From Myxococcota bacterium (GTDB lineage Bacteria > Myxococcota_A > SURF-8): DNA of 64,000 nucleotides. The stretch covers positions 160,001 through 224,000 of the forward strand of contig OZ223209.1 in the NCBI GenBank assembly GCA_965140415.1, in the 5' to 3' direction. The notes below the pieces were generated by a model. It was not told the DNA's origin, ran no database searches, and saw nothing but the letters and a program-made list of their open reading frames with translations. Positions 37,244-46,325 of this stretch are shown here, piece after piece. Both the position numbers and the translations under genes were made by a program. Positions within the stretch are counted from its first letter, which is position 1. Each line of letters begins with the position of its first letter.

Positions 37244-38608
37244 CTACTTCACCGCCGAGCGCATATCCAATCCCGTGGCGCGCAGCAGGTTCAACTTGGA
37301 CAGTTGCGCCTCCAGCCGTTTGATGACCAGGTTCACCTGGGCGCTCTGGCTGCTGCGGCGTGCATCCACCACATCCAGCGACGTTCCCCGGCCATTCTCG
37401 TAATACGTTTCCGCCAGTCGCATGGATTCCTCTGCAATCTCCGCCTGTCGTTGGCTCGAACGCACCATGTCCAGCGCTTCGTCGTAGCCGCGCCGCAGTT
37501 GTCGAACTTCCAACTCGGCGTTGTCCATCGCCGCCTGCTCGGCAAGCTGCGCCACGTTTTTCGCAGCGCGGCTCTGCTGCAAACTGCCGTAGATGTTGTA
37601 GTCGAATAACGGCACAGAAAGCACCAGTCCGGCAAACCAGCGCGAACGGTCCAGGTTCGCTTGATTAGCAGGCGGATCGGTGATCTGGTAGCCGAATTGC
37701 CAGGAGGCGCTCAAGGTCGGTACGAACTGCATGTAGCTCGCCAGATATTGACGCTGAGTCACTTCCAGGTTCAGACGCGCCATTCGCAGATCGTAGCGCC
37801 GGACCTGCGCCTTGTCGATCATCGCTTCTTCGCTGTTATCTTCGAATTCGGAAAGACTTACTTCTTCGACCGTCAAAGGCAGCGTGTCGATGCGGATCAG
37901 CGTGCGCAGGGTGTCGCGCGCATTCTCCAAAGCGTATATCGCCTGAATCAGGCTTTGTTGCGTCGTGATCCAGTCGCTCTGCGCGCGGGTGACATCCAGG
38001 CGGGTGCCGATACCCGAACGATGTCGGAAGGTGGCTACTTTCAGGTGGCGTTCGATGGCGGCCAGTTGGCCCTTGTAAATGTCGATTAACGACTGCGCCG
38101 AGAGCGCCTGAAAATACGCGAACGCCACGGTAAACAGTAACTCCTGTCGCGTCTGTCCAGCGCTCATGCGGGAAAGATTCAAGCCACTTTTTGAAGCGGC
38201 AACGCCCACCCATTGTTGCGCGCTGATCAAAGGCAGGCTCACCGACAGGCTGGCGTCCAAATCCTGCTGAGTGCGCGTTTCCACCTTAACACCACTGATC
38301 GTACTGGAATCGGCGTGATCGTAATAGACATAGTTCAACTGTCCATACACATCCGGCAACAGACTACCCCAGGAGGATTTAAGCCGCGCGCGCGCCGCTT
38401 CGATTTCCTCACGACTTTGGGCCAAGGTCAGGTTGCGCTGCTCCGCCAGTTCGAACGCTTTACCAAGTGTCACCGGGTCGCCTGGCGCGATAGCGGGAAG
38501 TTCGGGCATGCGCAGGGCTTTCGCTTGCGAGTCACTGGCCCAGGCATCGATGTGGAAAGCCGCTAGAATAGAGATCGCCAGCGCGAAAATGCCGATTAGT
38601 CGTTTCAT
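37244..38608 (-). CDS. TolC-family outer-membrane efflux protein
   Basis: Signal peptide, two OEP repeats (LLPDV, AYFQAL, GTRLDVTRA; FVPTLS, VPLFD, GTSLDVVDA). Confidence 0.92.
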   Translation of the reverse strand: MKRLIGIFALAISILAAFHIDAWASDSQAKALRMPELPAIAPGDPVTLGKAFELAEQRNLTLAQSREEIEAARARLKSSWGSLLPDVYGQLNYVYYDHADSSTISGVKVETRTQQDLDASLSVSLPLISAQQWVGVAASKSGLNLSRMSAGQTRQELLFTVAFAYFQALSAQSLIDIYKGQLAAIERHLKVATFRHRSGIGTRLDVTRAQSDWITTQQSLIQAIYALENARDTLRTLIRIDTLPLTVEEVSLSEFEDNSEEAMIDKAQVRRYDLRMARLNLEVTQRQYLASYMQFVPTLSASWQFGYQITDPPANQANLDRSRWFAGLVLSVPLFDYNIYGSLQQSRAAKNVAQLAEQAAMDNAELEVRQLRRGYDEALDMVRSSQRQAEIAEESMRLAETYYENGRGTSLDVVDARRSSQSAQVNLVIKRLEAQLSKLNLLRATGLDMRSAVK

Positions 38609-41600
38609 AGCACTTCCTCCGCTTCATCCAAATCCGGTGTTCCGTCTGTTTCCTCCTGTGGTCTCATCCGAATTCTCAAGTTCTCGATCATGGTGAACAA
38701 GGCCGGAATCAAAATCAGAATGAAGGTGGTGGATACCAGAATACCGAATCCCAAACTTACCGCCATCGGAACGATGACACGGGCGGTGAAGTCGGTTTCG
38801 AAAATCATCGGCGCCAGGCCGAAGAAGGTGGTGGCGGTGGTCAGGAAGATGGGTCGGAAGCGTCGGCAGGCCGCGTCTACGGCGGCTTTTATAGGTGGCA
38901 GACCTTCCAGGCGCATCTTATTGGCCGTATCGACAAAGACAATGGAATCATTTACCGCCACTCCGGCTAATGCCAGCATACCCATGATGCTGAACATGCT
39001 CAAATCCAGTCCCAGCAGGATATGCCCCAGCACCGAACCCATCGCGCCGAAAGGAATTGCGGCCATCACAACGAAGACCGGTTGCAAATAGCTTTTCACC
39101 GGAATGGCGATCAGTGCGAAGATAGCAAGCAAGGCCAATGAAAAGCCGAGCTTCATATAAACGCCAAAATCCTTCATGTCTTCCTGTCGTCCGCGAAGTT
39201 GCCAGCGTAAACCCGGATACTGAGCGGCCAGTTCCGGCAGATAGGAGGTAAACATTTCATCCATGATTTCATTGGCATTGGCTTTGCCGTTTTCCACCGC
39301 TGCCTGAATCTGCAAGGTCCGTTGTGCGTTGGTACGTCGAATCGACGTATACGCGCGCCCGTAACTTACCGTGGCTGCCTGCAACAGGGGAATCTCCCCG
39401 CCCAATGGCGTACGAATCATCAGGTCGTCCAGGCTCTTCATGTTTTCGCGTTCGTCCTTGGTCAAGCGCACCATGACTTTCATTTCGTTGCGTCCGCGCT
39501 GTTGCCTTAGCGCTTCCGCGCCGTAAAAGGCACTGCGCATCTGGTTGGCCAGATCGGCGGAGGTCAACCCGGCATTGACGCCTTCCGGAGTGAGTTTGAA
39601 ACTCCACTGGTATTTTCCCATCTCGATACCGTTGTCGATGTCGTTCACGCCGTCGAACACGGCCAGGTGCTCTCCGATCTGGCGCGCGCAGATTTGCAGG
39701 ATTTCATTGTCGGTGTGCGAGATCTCGAAATCGATGGCTTTGCGCGTACCGTGCATGGAGGAACTGAAGACGATGCTGTCCAGCATGCTGGTGTCCCCCA
39801 GGTTTTTACGCCAGCTTTTCGCGAATTCGCTGGAGCTGAAATCGCGCTCGTCCGGAGAAACCAGCATTACCTCTACTGCCGTCAGGTTCGCGGAGGAATC
39901 ACTGCCGCCACGGAAACCTCGGCTGGCGCCTTGACCCAGTTTGGCAAAAGTACCCAGGGCAATGCTTTTGCCGCCATATTGATCGATGGTCTGTTGCGCC
40001 GAATCGATCATGCGCTTCATCATTTTTTTAGTGTCTTTAATCGATACGCCAAAGGGCAATGTGGCCGAGGCCTGCACACGGTCGGTATCGTCTCTGGGGA
40101 AATCGATGTACTTGATGCGTCCTCCGGCTACGAAGCCCACTACAATTATCAACAAGCTCAAACTAGCAGCCAAAGTGATCCAGCGATGCCGCACGGCGGC
40201 TGTAACCGCAGGGCGAAAATGCCTTTCGATGAAGCTTTCCATTCCCTGCGATACTTTTTTCTGAAAGCGTAGAACCGAACTCAAAAGACCGTCGGAACCG
40301 TTTTTTCGAACGTGCGCCAGATGCGCGGGCAAAATGAAAAACGATTCCACTAAAGAAATGGTAAGCACCAGAATAACGATCACCGGAATGGAATAGGCGA
40401 TCTTTCCAAATGTTCCCGGAACACCTAATAGGGGAGCGAAAGCGGCAATGGTCGTGCCGATGGAGAAGAAAACCGGCACTGCCATTTCACGAACGCCGTG
40501 AATGGCCGCTTCAATGGGTGGATGCCCCAGATTCCGCTTGTGAAAGATGTTCTCTCCCACCACGATGGCGTCATCCACCACCATACCGAGCGTGATCAGA
40601 AACGCGAACATGCTGATCATATTCAGTGAAATACCCATGGCAGGCAAAAGCACAAAAGATCCCATGAAGGAAATAGGAATTCCCAGACTCACCCAGAATG
40701 CCAGACGCGGTTCAAGGAACAAACCCAGAATCACCAGCACCAGAGCCAAACCGATAGCCGCGTTGCGAAGCAACAGATCCAGTCGCTGTTCGAACATCTT
40801 GGCGCGGTCGTTCCAGGTCGTGACGAAGATACCGTGCGGAAGTTGCTGTGTGAGCGTTTTAGCGTAGTTTTTCACGGCGATTGCCACGGCGGTCGGGGAT
40901 TGATCTCCCACACTGGCGACATCCAACACCAGCGCCCGCTTACCGTTGAAGTATCCGGCGATATCGCTTTCTTCGAAGTCGTCTGTAATGGTGGCAATTT
41001 GTCCCAGCCGTACCTGGGCACCGTCGCGCCCGTACACAATCGGAACGTCGCCGAATTCGTGGCCGTAGTCGCGCCGCTCCTGGGTGCGCAGCAGGATATC
41101 GCCGCCGATGGTTTTAACGCCGCCACCCGGACTCTCTACCGCCGTCTGGCGAATCTGTTGCGCAATCGCCGCTGTCGTCAAGCCGTACTCGCGCAGTTTT
41201 TCCTGCGTCAGTTCGACTCCGATCTCCAACTTGCGCACGCCGTTCATTTCCACGCTGGTGACTTCGGGAAGATCCAGCAGCCCTTCTCTCAAGCGCTCGC
41301 CATAGGCGTACAGCGTCTTTTCATCCACATCGCCGTATACCACCAGGCTGATGGCTTCCGCCGTTCTTTCCGGCATAGCGATATTGGGTTTTTCGATGTC
41401 GTCGGGAAAGGAACTGATTCGATCCACCGCGCTCTGAACGTCGTTTAGAGCTTTGCTGCGATTGGTGCCATCGTACAGTTCCACCGTTACCATGCCCATG
41501 CCTTCGGAAGCGACGGAATAGACTTTCTTTACGCCGTCCAACGGGCGCACGGCCTCTTCGATCGACAACAACAGCCCGCGCTCGATCTCTTCCGGGCTTG

Positions 41601-41781
41601 CGCCGGGATAGGCCACGGAAATGCTGACCTGGTCCATCGTAATCTGCGGGAACACTTCTTTGTTGATGCGCTGACTCATCAGCAATCCGCCGACCAGCAA
41701 CATGACCATCAACAGATTGGCCGCCACCGGATTGCGCGCCATCCAGGAAAGCGAGCCGCTATACAGATCTCGCCGTTTCAT
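38605..41781 (-). CDS. RND efflux transporter permease (AcrB/AcrD/AcrF family)
   Basis: NPVAANLLM, YPGASPEEIE, GMVVDDAIVVGEN, GVAVNDSIV, RFRPIFLTT; 1058 aa. Confidence 0.95.
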   Translation of the reverse strand: MKRRDLYSGSLSWMARNPVAANLLMVMLLVGGLLMSQRINKEVFPQITMDQVSISVAYPGASPEEIERGLLLSIEEAVRPLDGVKKVYSVASEGMGMVTVELYDGTNRSKALNDVQSAVDRISSFPDDIEKPNIAMPERTAEAISLVVYGDVDEKTLYAYGERLREGLLDLPEVTSVEMNGVRKLEIGVELTQEKLREYGLTTAAIAQQIRQTAVESPGGGVKTIGGDILLRTQERRDYGHEFGDVPIVYGRDGAQVRLGQIATITDDFEESDIAGYFNGKRALVLDVASVGDQSPTAVAIAVKNYAKTLTQQLPHGIFVTTWNDRAKMFEQRLDLLLRNAAIGLALVLVILGLFLEPRLAFWVSLGIPISFMGSFVLLPAMGISLNMISMFAFLITLGMVVDDAIVVGENIFHKRNLGHPPIEAAIHGVREMAVPVFFSIGTTIAAFAPLLGVPGTFGKIAYSIPVIVILVLTISLVESFFILPAHLAHVRKNGSDGLLSSVLRFQKKVSQGMESFIERHFRPAVTAAVRHRWITLAASLSLLIIVVGFVAGGRIKYIDFPRDDTDRVQASATLPFGVSIKDTKKMMKRMIDSAQQTIDQYGGKSIALGTFAKLGQGASRGFRGGSDSSANLTAVEVMLVSPDERDFSSSEFAKSWRKNLGDTSMLDSIVFSSSMHGTRKAIDFEISHTDNEILQICARQIGEHLAVFDGVNDIDNGIEMGKYQWSFKLTPEGVNAGLTSADLANQMRSAFYGAEALRQQRGRNEMKVMVRLTKDERENMKSLDDLMIRTPLGGEIPLLQAATVSYGRAYTSIRRTNAQRTLQIQAAVENGKANANEIMDEMFTSYLPELAAQYPGLRWQLRGRQEDMKDFGVYMKLGFSLALLAIFALIAIPVKSYLQPVFVVMAAIPFGAMGSVLGHILLGLDLSMFSIMGMLALAGVAVNDSIVFVDTANKMRLEGLPPIKAAVDAACRRFRPIFLTTATTFFGLAPMIFETDFTARVIVPMAVSLGFGILVSTTFILILIPALFTMIENLRIRMRPQEETDGTPDLDEAEEVL

Positions 41782-43022
41782 TGAGGCACCTCGGCCTTTT
41801 GTTCTTTTTTGCCTGCGCCGGGAAGTTTCTGCGCCGGGGTCGTTTTGCGCTCGCCGGCCAGTAACAGTTCCATACCGGGCACGGGAATTTGAATGCGGCT
41901 GACAATCACAGCCTCGCCCTGTTGTATGGGACCACGAACCACGACGTTCTCTTCCGTGCGCCAGAGTAGTTCCACATCGCGAATATCCAGCCGTCCTTCA
42001 TCGTTGCGAATCCAGACTTTGCTTTCTTCATGCAAGGCGCGATCCGGCAGGGAGACGACATCGGGCATGACTTTCCCTTGTATTTCCGCGTGGACGAAAG
42101 CTCCCAGCATCAAAGGTGTTTTCTCGTTGTTTTCGGCGTCTTTCAGACCGAAAGGATCTTCGATTAGCACCAGCAGTTGCGCGGTTTTGCCGTTGGCGTC
42201 GAGATCCGCCAACAGTTTGATGATGCGTCCCTGCCACTGCGGGTTGCCTTTGCCGATCTGTTGGGATATCTTCACCTGGGAGCCGCCCTCGCTATGGATA
42301 TCCGGCAACTCGATCCAGCGCAATTTCTCCACCGGCACCGATACCTGCACCCAGAATGCGTCGCTGGCCACCAGGGTGGCAACGGGCGTCTGGCTGGAAA
42401 CCACCTGCCCGACGTCCACCCCTTTGGAAGTTACAAAGGCATTGAATGGTGCAGGAATACGCGTGCGCGAAAGATCCAGCTTGGCCTTTTCCAATCCGCT
42501 GCGCGCGGCGGACAGGGCGGTTTGGGCGCTCTTTAATTGAATTTCGCGCGTCGCCAGACGCAGACCCTCTTCGGTCGGTTTCACTTCGTGTTCGATCAGG
42601 CTCCATTCCAGCTTCGCGGCGGCGTGCTGGCCTTCTTCCTGCGCCAGTGCCAGTTCGGCCTGAGCCACACTGGCCTGTTGTGAGCGAACGTTCAATTCAT
42701 AATCGCTTGCATCGATGCGCAGCAGATTTTCTCCCTTTTTCAAATGTCCGCCTGGAATCAGTTGCGGCGAAACCGAAACGACTCGACCCGCGACCTGGGG
42801 ATAAACCGTTACGCTTCTGGCTGCTTTTACCGGACCCAGCGCCGTTACAACGGCTTGAATATCGTTGCGCTCGGCAGCCACGGTTTCCACCGTCAATGTG
42901 CGCCGAACGGGTTTGGTGCGTGATGGAGGCTGCTTCGTACTTGTAAAATAATAAAAGATCGCCATTCCAATCGCCAGAATCACGACGATGGTTAAAATGG
43001 TTGAACTGGGTTTCTTATTCAT
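41778..43022 (-). CDS. RND periplasmic adaptor (membrane fusion protein)
   Basis: N-terminal TM, PQVAGRV, lipoyl half-motifs, coiled coil, IPAPFNA..GQVV. Confidence 0.92.
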   Translation of the reverse strand: MNKKPSSTILTIVVILAIGMAIFYYFTSTKQPPSRTKPVRRTLTVETVAAERNDIQAVVTALGPVKAARSVTVYPQVAGRVVSVSPQLIPGGHLKKGENLLRIDASDYELNVRSQQASVAQAELALAQEEGQHAAAKLEWSLIEHEVKPTEEGLRLATREIQLKSAQTALSAARSGLEKAKLDLSRTRIPAPFNAFVTSKGVDVGQVVSSQTPVATLVASDAFWVQVSVPVEKLRWIELPDIHSEGGSQVKISQQIGKGNPQWQGRIIKLLADLDANGKTAQLLVLIEDPFGLKDAENNEKTPLMLGAFVHAEIQGKVMPDVVSLPDRALHEESKVWIRNDEGRLDIRDVELLWRTEENVVVRGPIQQGEAVIVSRIQIPVPGMELLLAGERKTTPAQKLPGAGKKEQKAEVPQ

Positions 43023-43300
43023 ATCTCTGTTCTCCTCTTACGAACATCCGCCGAGAATTCCGGCAATCATAACCGAAACTTCCCATCTCGTCAGCAGCCT
43101 TTTTCGTAGCAATTCGTAGCATGATAGCTCATTTATCCAATAAAAGAAGCCGCATTCACTCCAAGCAAAGACAAAACTGGCCGTTAAAGCCTTCCATTAA
43201 GTTTGATTTTCAATAGATCTCGGTGGCTATACCGGGTGTGCTTGTACTCACTGCTGCGGTACACACACAGAAAGAGCCGATACATTACCGCTGAATTGGT

Positions 43301-43331
43301 AAAAGCACCAGGGAGGCAAATGCCTCCCTGG
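43301..43331 (-). terminator. intrinsic terminator after the small Cys-repeat gene
   Basis: CCAGGGAGGCA-AA-TGCCTCCCTGG inverted repeat followed by TGCTTTT on the minus strand. Confidence 0.7.
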
Positions 43332-43375
43332 CTTAGCAAACATTCCCAAGGGTGGGATTGGGGAGGGGTAATTTC

Positions 43376-43831
43376 TTAGCGATTTCGACCGTTTCCGCCA
43401 CCGCGGCCACCGCGACCGCCGCCCTTGCCCGCTCCGTCGGGTCGGCAGACCAGATCGTTACCCATGCGGGCCTGTTGACAGGAGCCGCTGCGCTCACCGC
43501 GCCGAGTTGTGGCGGTGCAAGTATCTCCCTGCGATTTTCCGACGCAAGCAGCTACGGCTTGTTCGTGTTGCTGTTTCCGTTCTTCCGGAACGCAGACCAT
43601 CCTGCTTTCATTATTGGGTTGTTCACAGGTTCCGCTCAAGTCGCCGCGTCGACAGCTAAAGGAACAGGCATCGCCCTGCTGAGCGCCATCACAGGCGGTG
43701 TACGCTGCTTCAGGCGGACCCTGACGACCTTTGCCGCGTCCCTGACCGCGTCCCTGGGCGACTGCAAGCGAAGAAACGAACAGAACCAAAATTGCCAATG
43801 AGAACAGGATCATGTTTTTCTTGTTGAACAT
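43376..43831 (-). CDS. small secreted protein with two tandem Cys domains and Gly/Arg-rich tails
   Basis: Signal peptide (AVA), GQGRG repeats, AC.G..QGD.C....RRG..SG.C.Q.......VC.P twice. Confidence 0.75.
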   Translation of the reverse strand: MFNKKNMILFSLAILVLFVSSLAVAQGRGQGRGKGRQGPPEAAYTACDGAQQGDACSFSCRRGDLSGTCEQPNNESRMVCVPEERKQQHEQAVAACVGKSQGDTCTATTRRGERSGSCQQARMGNDLVCRPDGAGKGGGRGGRGGGNGRNR

Positions 43832-44051
43832 CTTTAACCTTCTCTTTCTTTCAGTCGATTCAATTTACTAACGATACAACCTGTGGCCGCTTCCGGCCTG
43901 ACTCGCGTCCTCCTCGATCCGGTTGATGATTGGAGTCCGGCGCATTCGACTATAAGACGTGCGGCGGGAGCGGTTGTTACATACAAACACACACAAAATG
44001 CACGATGCATCTGCCTCAAGCCCCCAATGTGGTACTATTGTCTTGTAATAT

Positions 44052-46325
44052 TCAGTGCTTATCGGCTAATGGATCGGGAAGATAATGTGCCCCCGGAGGG
44101 AGTTCATCGGTTCCCAGTGCGCGAATGGCGGCCTTGAAGCGGTCGCCGCGCTGGTAGTATTTCTCCCCGGCTGGGCTGGCGCTGGCCGGGCTGAAGAGCA
44201 CATCCATGCCGGGTTGAGCCTGCATAACTGCCTGCCGGGCGGCGTCTTCCAGATCGGTGCAAGATTGAATCGGAATCGGTGACGATAGCTTGTTGAGTGC
44301 TTCACTTAGTGCTTCGGTGATTTCTCCAAAGAGGAACGCTTTGCTTACCCGCCCGGAACAGGCCTGGGCTGTTTCGTCGAAACAAAGCCCCTTGTTGTTG
44401 CCGCCTGCAACCAGTAAGATGGGATTGTTCAACGATTGCAAGGCCTTGATAGTGGCATCGGGATTCGTACCCTTGCTGTCGTCGTAGTAATCCACCCCAT
44501 TCATACGGTGGAAGCGTTCGACGCGATACACCACTCCGGCAAAAGATCGCAGCGTTTCTTCGATCACGTCAGGCGACACTCCAAGTAAAAACGCCGCCAG
44601 ACCCGAGGCCATCAGGTTTTCCAGGTTGTGTTCGCCCACGAAACGACGCTGCTGCATAAAGTCTTCGATGCACAGCACGTCCCGGTCGGGATGGCGCATA
44701 ACCAGATCCGTTCCTTGCAGAAACGCACCCCGCTCCAGTTCCCTGCGAGTCGAAAAGGGGACCATCGCCGCCGCACAACCTTTGGGTAGTAACTCATTGA
44801 CGATCGGTTCGCTTTCGATGTTGTAAATCGCGTAGCTGTTCTTTTCCAACAGGGTGAAGATGCGCCCCTTGGCGGCGATGTACCCGGCCATATCGCCGTG
44901 CCGGTCCAGATGATCCGGCGTGATGTTCAGCAGTATAGATGCCTGTACCGGCAAGCTGGACAATTCCTCCAACTGAAAGCTGCTTAACTCCATGGCGCAC
45001 ACGCTGTTGTCATTGAGATCGGGCAGAATGTCCAATACCGGACGACCGATATTGCCCATCAGGTGGGCGTCCTCGCCGATGTCACCGGCGAACAACCGCT
45101 GGGTTAGAATCGTCGTGGTGGTTTTTCCATTGGTGCCGCTGATGGCCACCTTGCGTCCCTTGGCATGTTGCAGAAAGAGTTCGACGTCGCTCATGATCGG
45201 CACGCCCATACGCCGCGTCTGTCGGAAAGCGGGCAGATCGGCGGGAACGCCGGGCGAGCGGAAAACGACGTCCGCCCGGTGCAGATCGTCCAGGTACTGT
45301 TCACCGGTAACGGCCTGTGCCGATAAATCCGGGAAATCCTCTTTCAGTTTCTCCGCTACAACGGGGCGACTGTCACGCACGCGGATCAGCGAAGGGCGGT
45401 GCCTGCGCAGATGGCGCAACAGGCTTTGTCCGGTCACGCCGTAGCCGACGACATCCACGGCTTTTCCCGATAAATCGTTGCGAATATCCACCTGGCGAAC
45501 GCGCAGGCGACCATTCACGCCCATGCGCGCCAGTTGTGCGGAAATCGCCTGCTCCGATCCGTTCGTAAAAACCACCTGTTCATCGCTTGCCGCGCGGTTA
45601 TCCGCATCCGCCCGCAGATTCCGAATATCCAAATAAGCACGCGCGAACTGCGCCAACGACAAGGCCGGATTGATCAGACGCACCCCGTTTCCCAAAACCT
45701 GCCGGATCTCTTCTGCCAGTCGTGGAAAATGCGTACAACCCAGAAAAACGGCATCCGGCGGCTGTTCCATAAAAGGCGCCAGGTCTTTTTGCAGCGTTTC
45801 CATTCGCAGACGCCGTTCCAAATCCGCATCGGTTTCCGGGCGTTCCACCCGCTGCACCCATTCCGGCGCGGCCAGAGTATGCAGCTTGCAATTGGGTAGT
45901 AACTCCGCTGCCAGCTTCTGATAAAGTCCGCTGTCGATCGTCAGGCGGGTTCCGGTAATCAGCAGGCGCGAAGGTGCAGTAAAAGTCAATTCCGAAAGCG
46001 CTTCGGGCGAGGCGATCGGGAGCACGTCTACGCCGTGTTTGTGCAAACGTTGCCGCAGTTCGTGAGAGGCGGGTAGGGAACGAAAGACGGTGGAGGCGGT
46101 GTGGCAGGCGATGATCAGCAGTTTCACCCGCCGCATCAGCATGCCTTCCACGATATCCGATAAAAATTGTTCGATCTGCGCCGCAGACTTTTCCCCGTAG
46201 GGATTGTTCACCGTATCGGCAAAGTAATACATTTTTTCGTTAGGCAATAGGCGGTTCAAATGCTCCAGCATTTCCAACCCGCCGACACCGGAATCGAATA
46301 CGCCAATACGGTAGTTGCGGTTCAT
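44052..46325 (-). CDS. murI-murD: fused glutamate racemase (MurI) / UDP-MurNAc-L-Ala:D-Glu ligase (MurD)
   Basis: N-terminal IGVFDSGVGGL, PYGEKS, IACHTAS, LGCTHFP; C-terminal GYGVTG, SPGVP, GTNGKTTT, ELSSFQLE, NITPDHLDRH, DDSKGTN, SPASAS...RG; one uninterrupted 757-aa ORF. Confidence 0.93.
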   Translation of the reverse strand: MNRNYRIGVFDSGVGGLEMLEHLNRLLPNEKMYYFADTVNNPYGEKSAAQIEQFLSDIVEGMLMRRVKLLIIACHTASTVFRSLPASHELRQRLHKHGVDVLPIASPEALSELTFTAPSRLLITGTRLTIDSGLYQKLAAELLPNCKLHTLAAPEWVQRVERPETDADLERRLRMETLQKDLAPFMEQPPDAVFLGCTHFPRLAEEIRQVLGNGVRLINPALSLAQFARAYLDIRNLRADADNRAASDEQVVFTNGSEQAISAQLARMGVNGRLRVRQVDIRNDLSGKAVDVVGYGVTGQSLLRHLRRHRPSLIRVRDSRPVVAEKLKEDFPDLSAQAVTGEQYLDDLHRADVVFRSPGVPADLPAFRQTRRMGVPIMSDVELFLQHAKGRKVAISGTNGKTTTTILTQRLFAGDIGEDAHLMGNIGRPVLDILPDLNDNSVCAMELSSFQLEELSSLPVQASILLNITPDHLDRHGDMAGYIAAKGRIFTLLEKNSYAIYNIESEPIVNELLPKGCAAAMVPFSTRRELERGAFLQGTDLVMRHPDRDVLCIEDFMQQRRFVGEHNLENLMASGLAAFLLGVSPDVIEETLRSFAGVVYRVERFHRMNGVDYYDDSKGTNPDATIKALQSLNNPILLVAGGNNKGLCFDETAQACSGRVSKAFLFGEITEALSEALNKLSSPIPIQSCTDLEDAARQAVMQAQPGMDVLFSPASASPAGEKYYQRGDRFKAAIRALGTDELPPGAHYLPDPLADKH

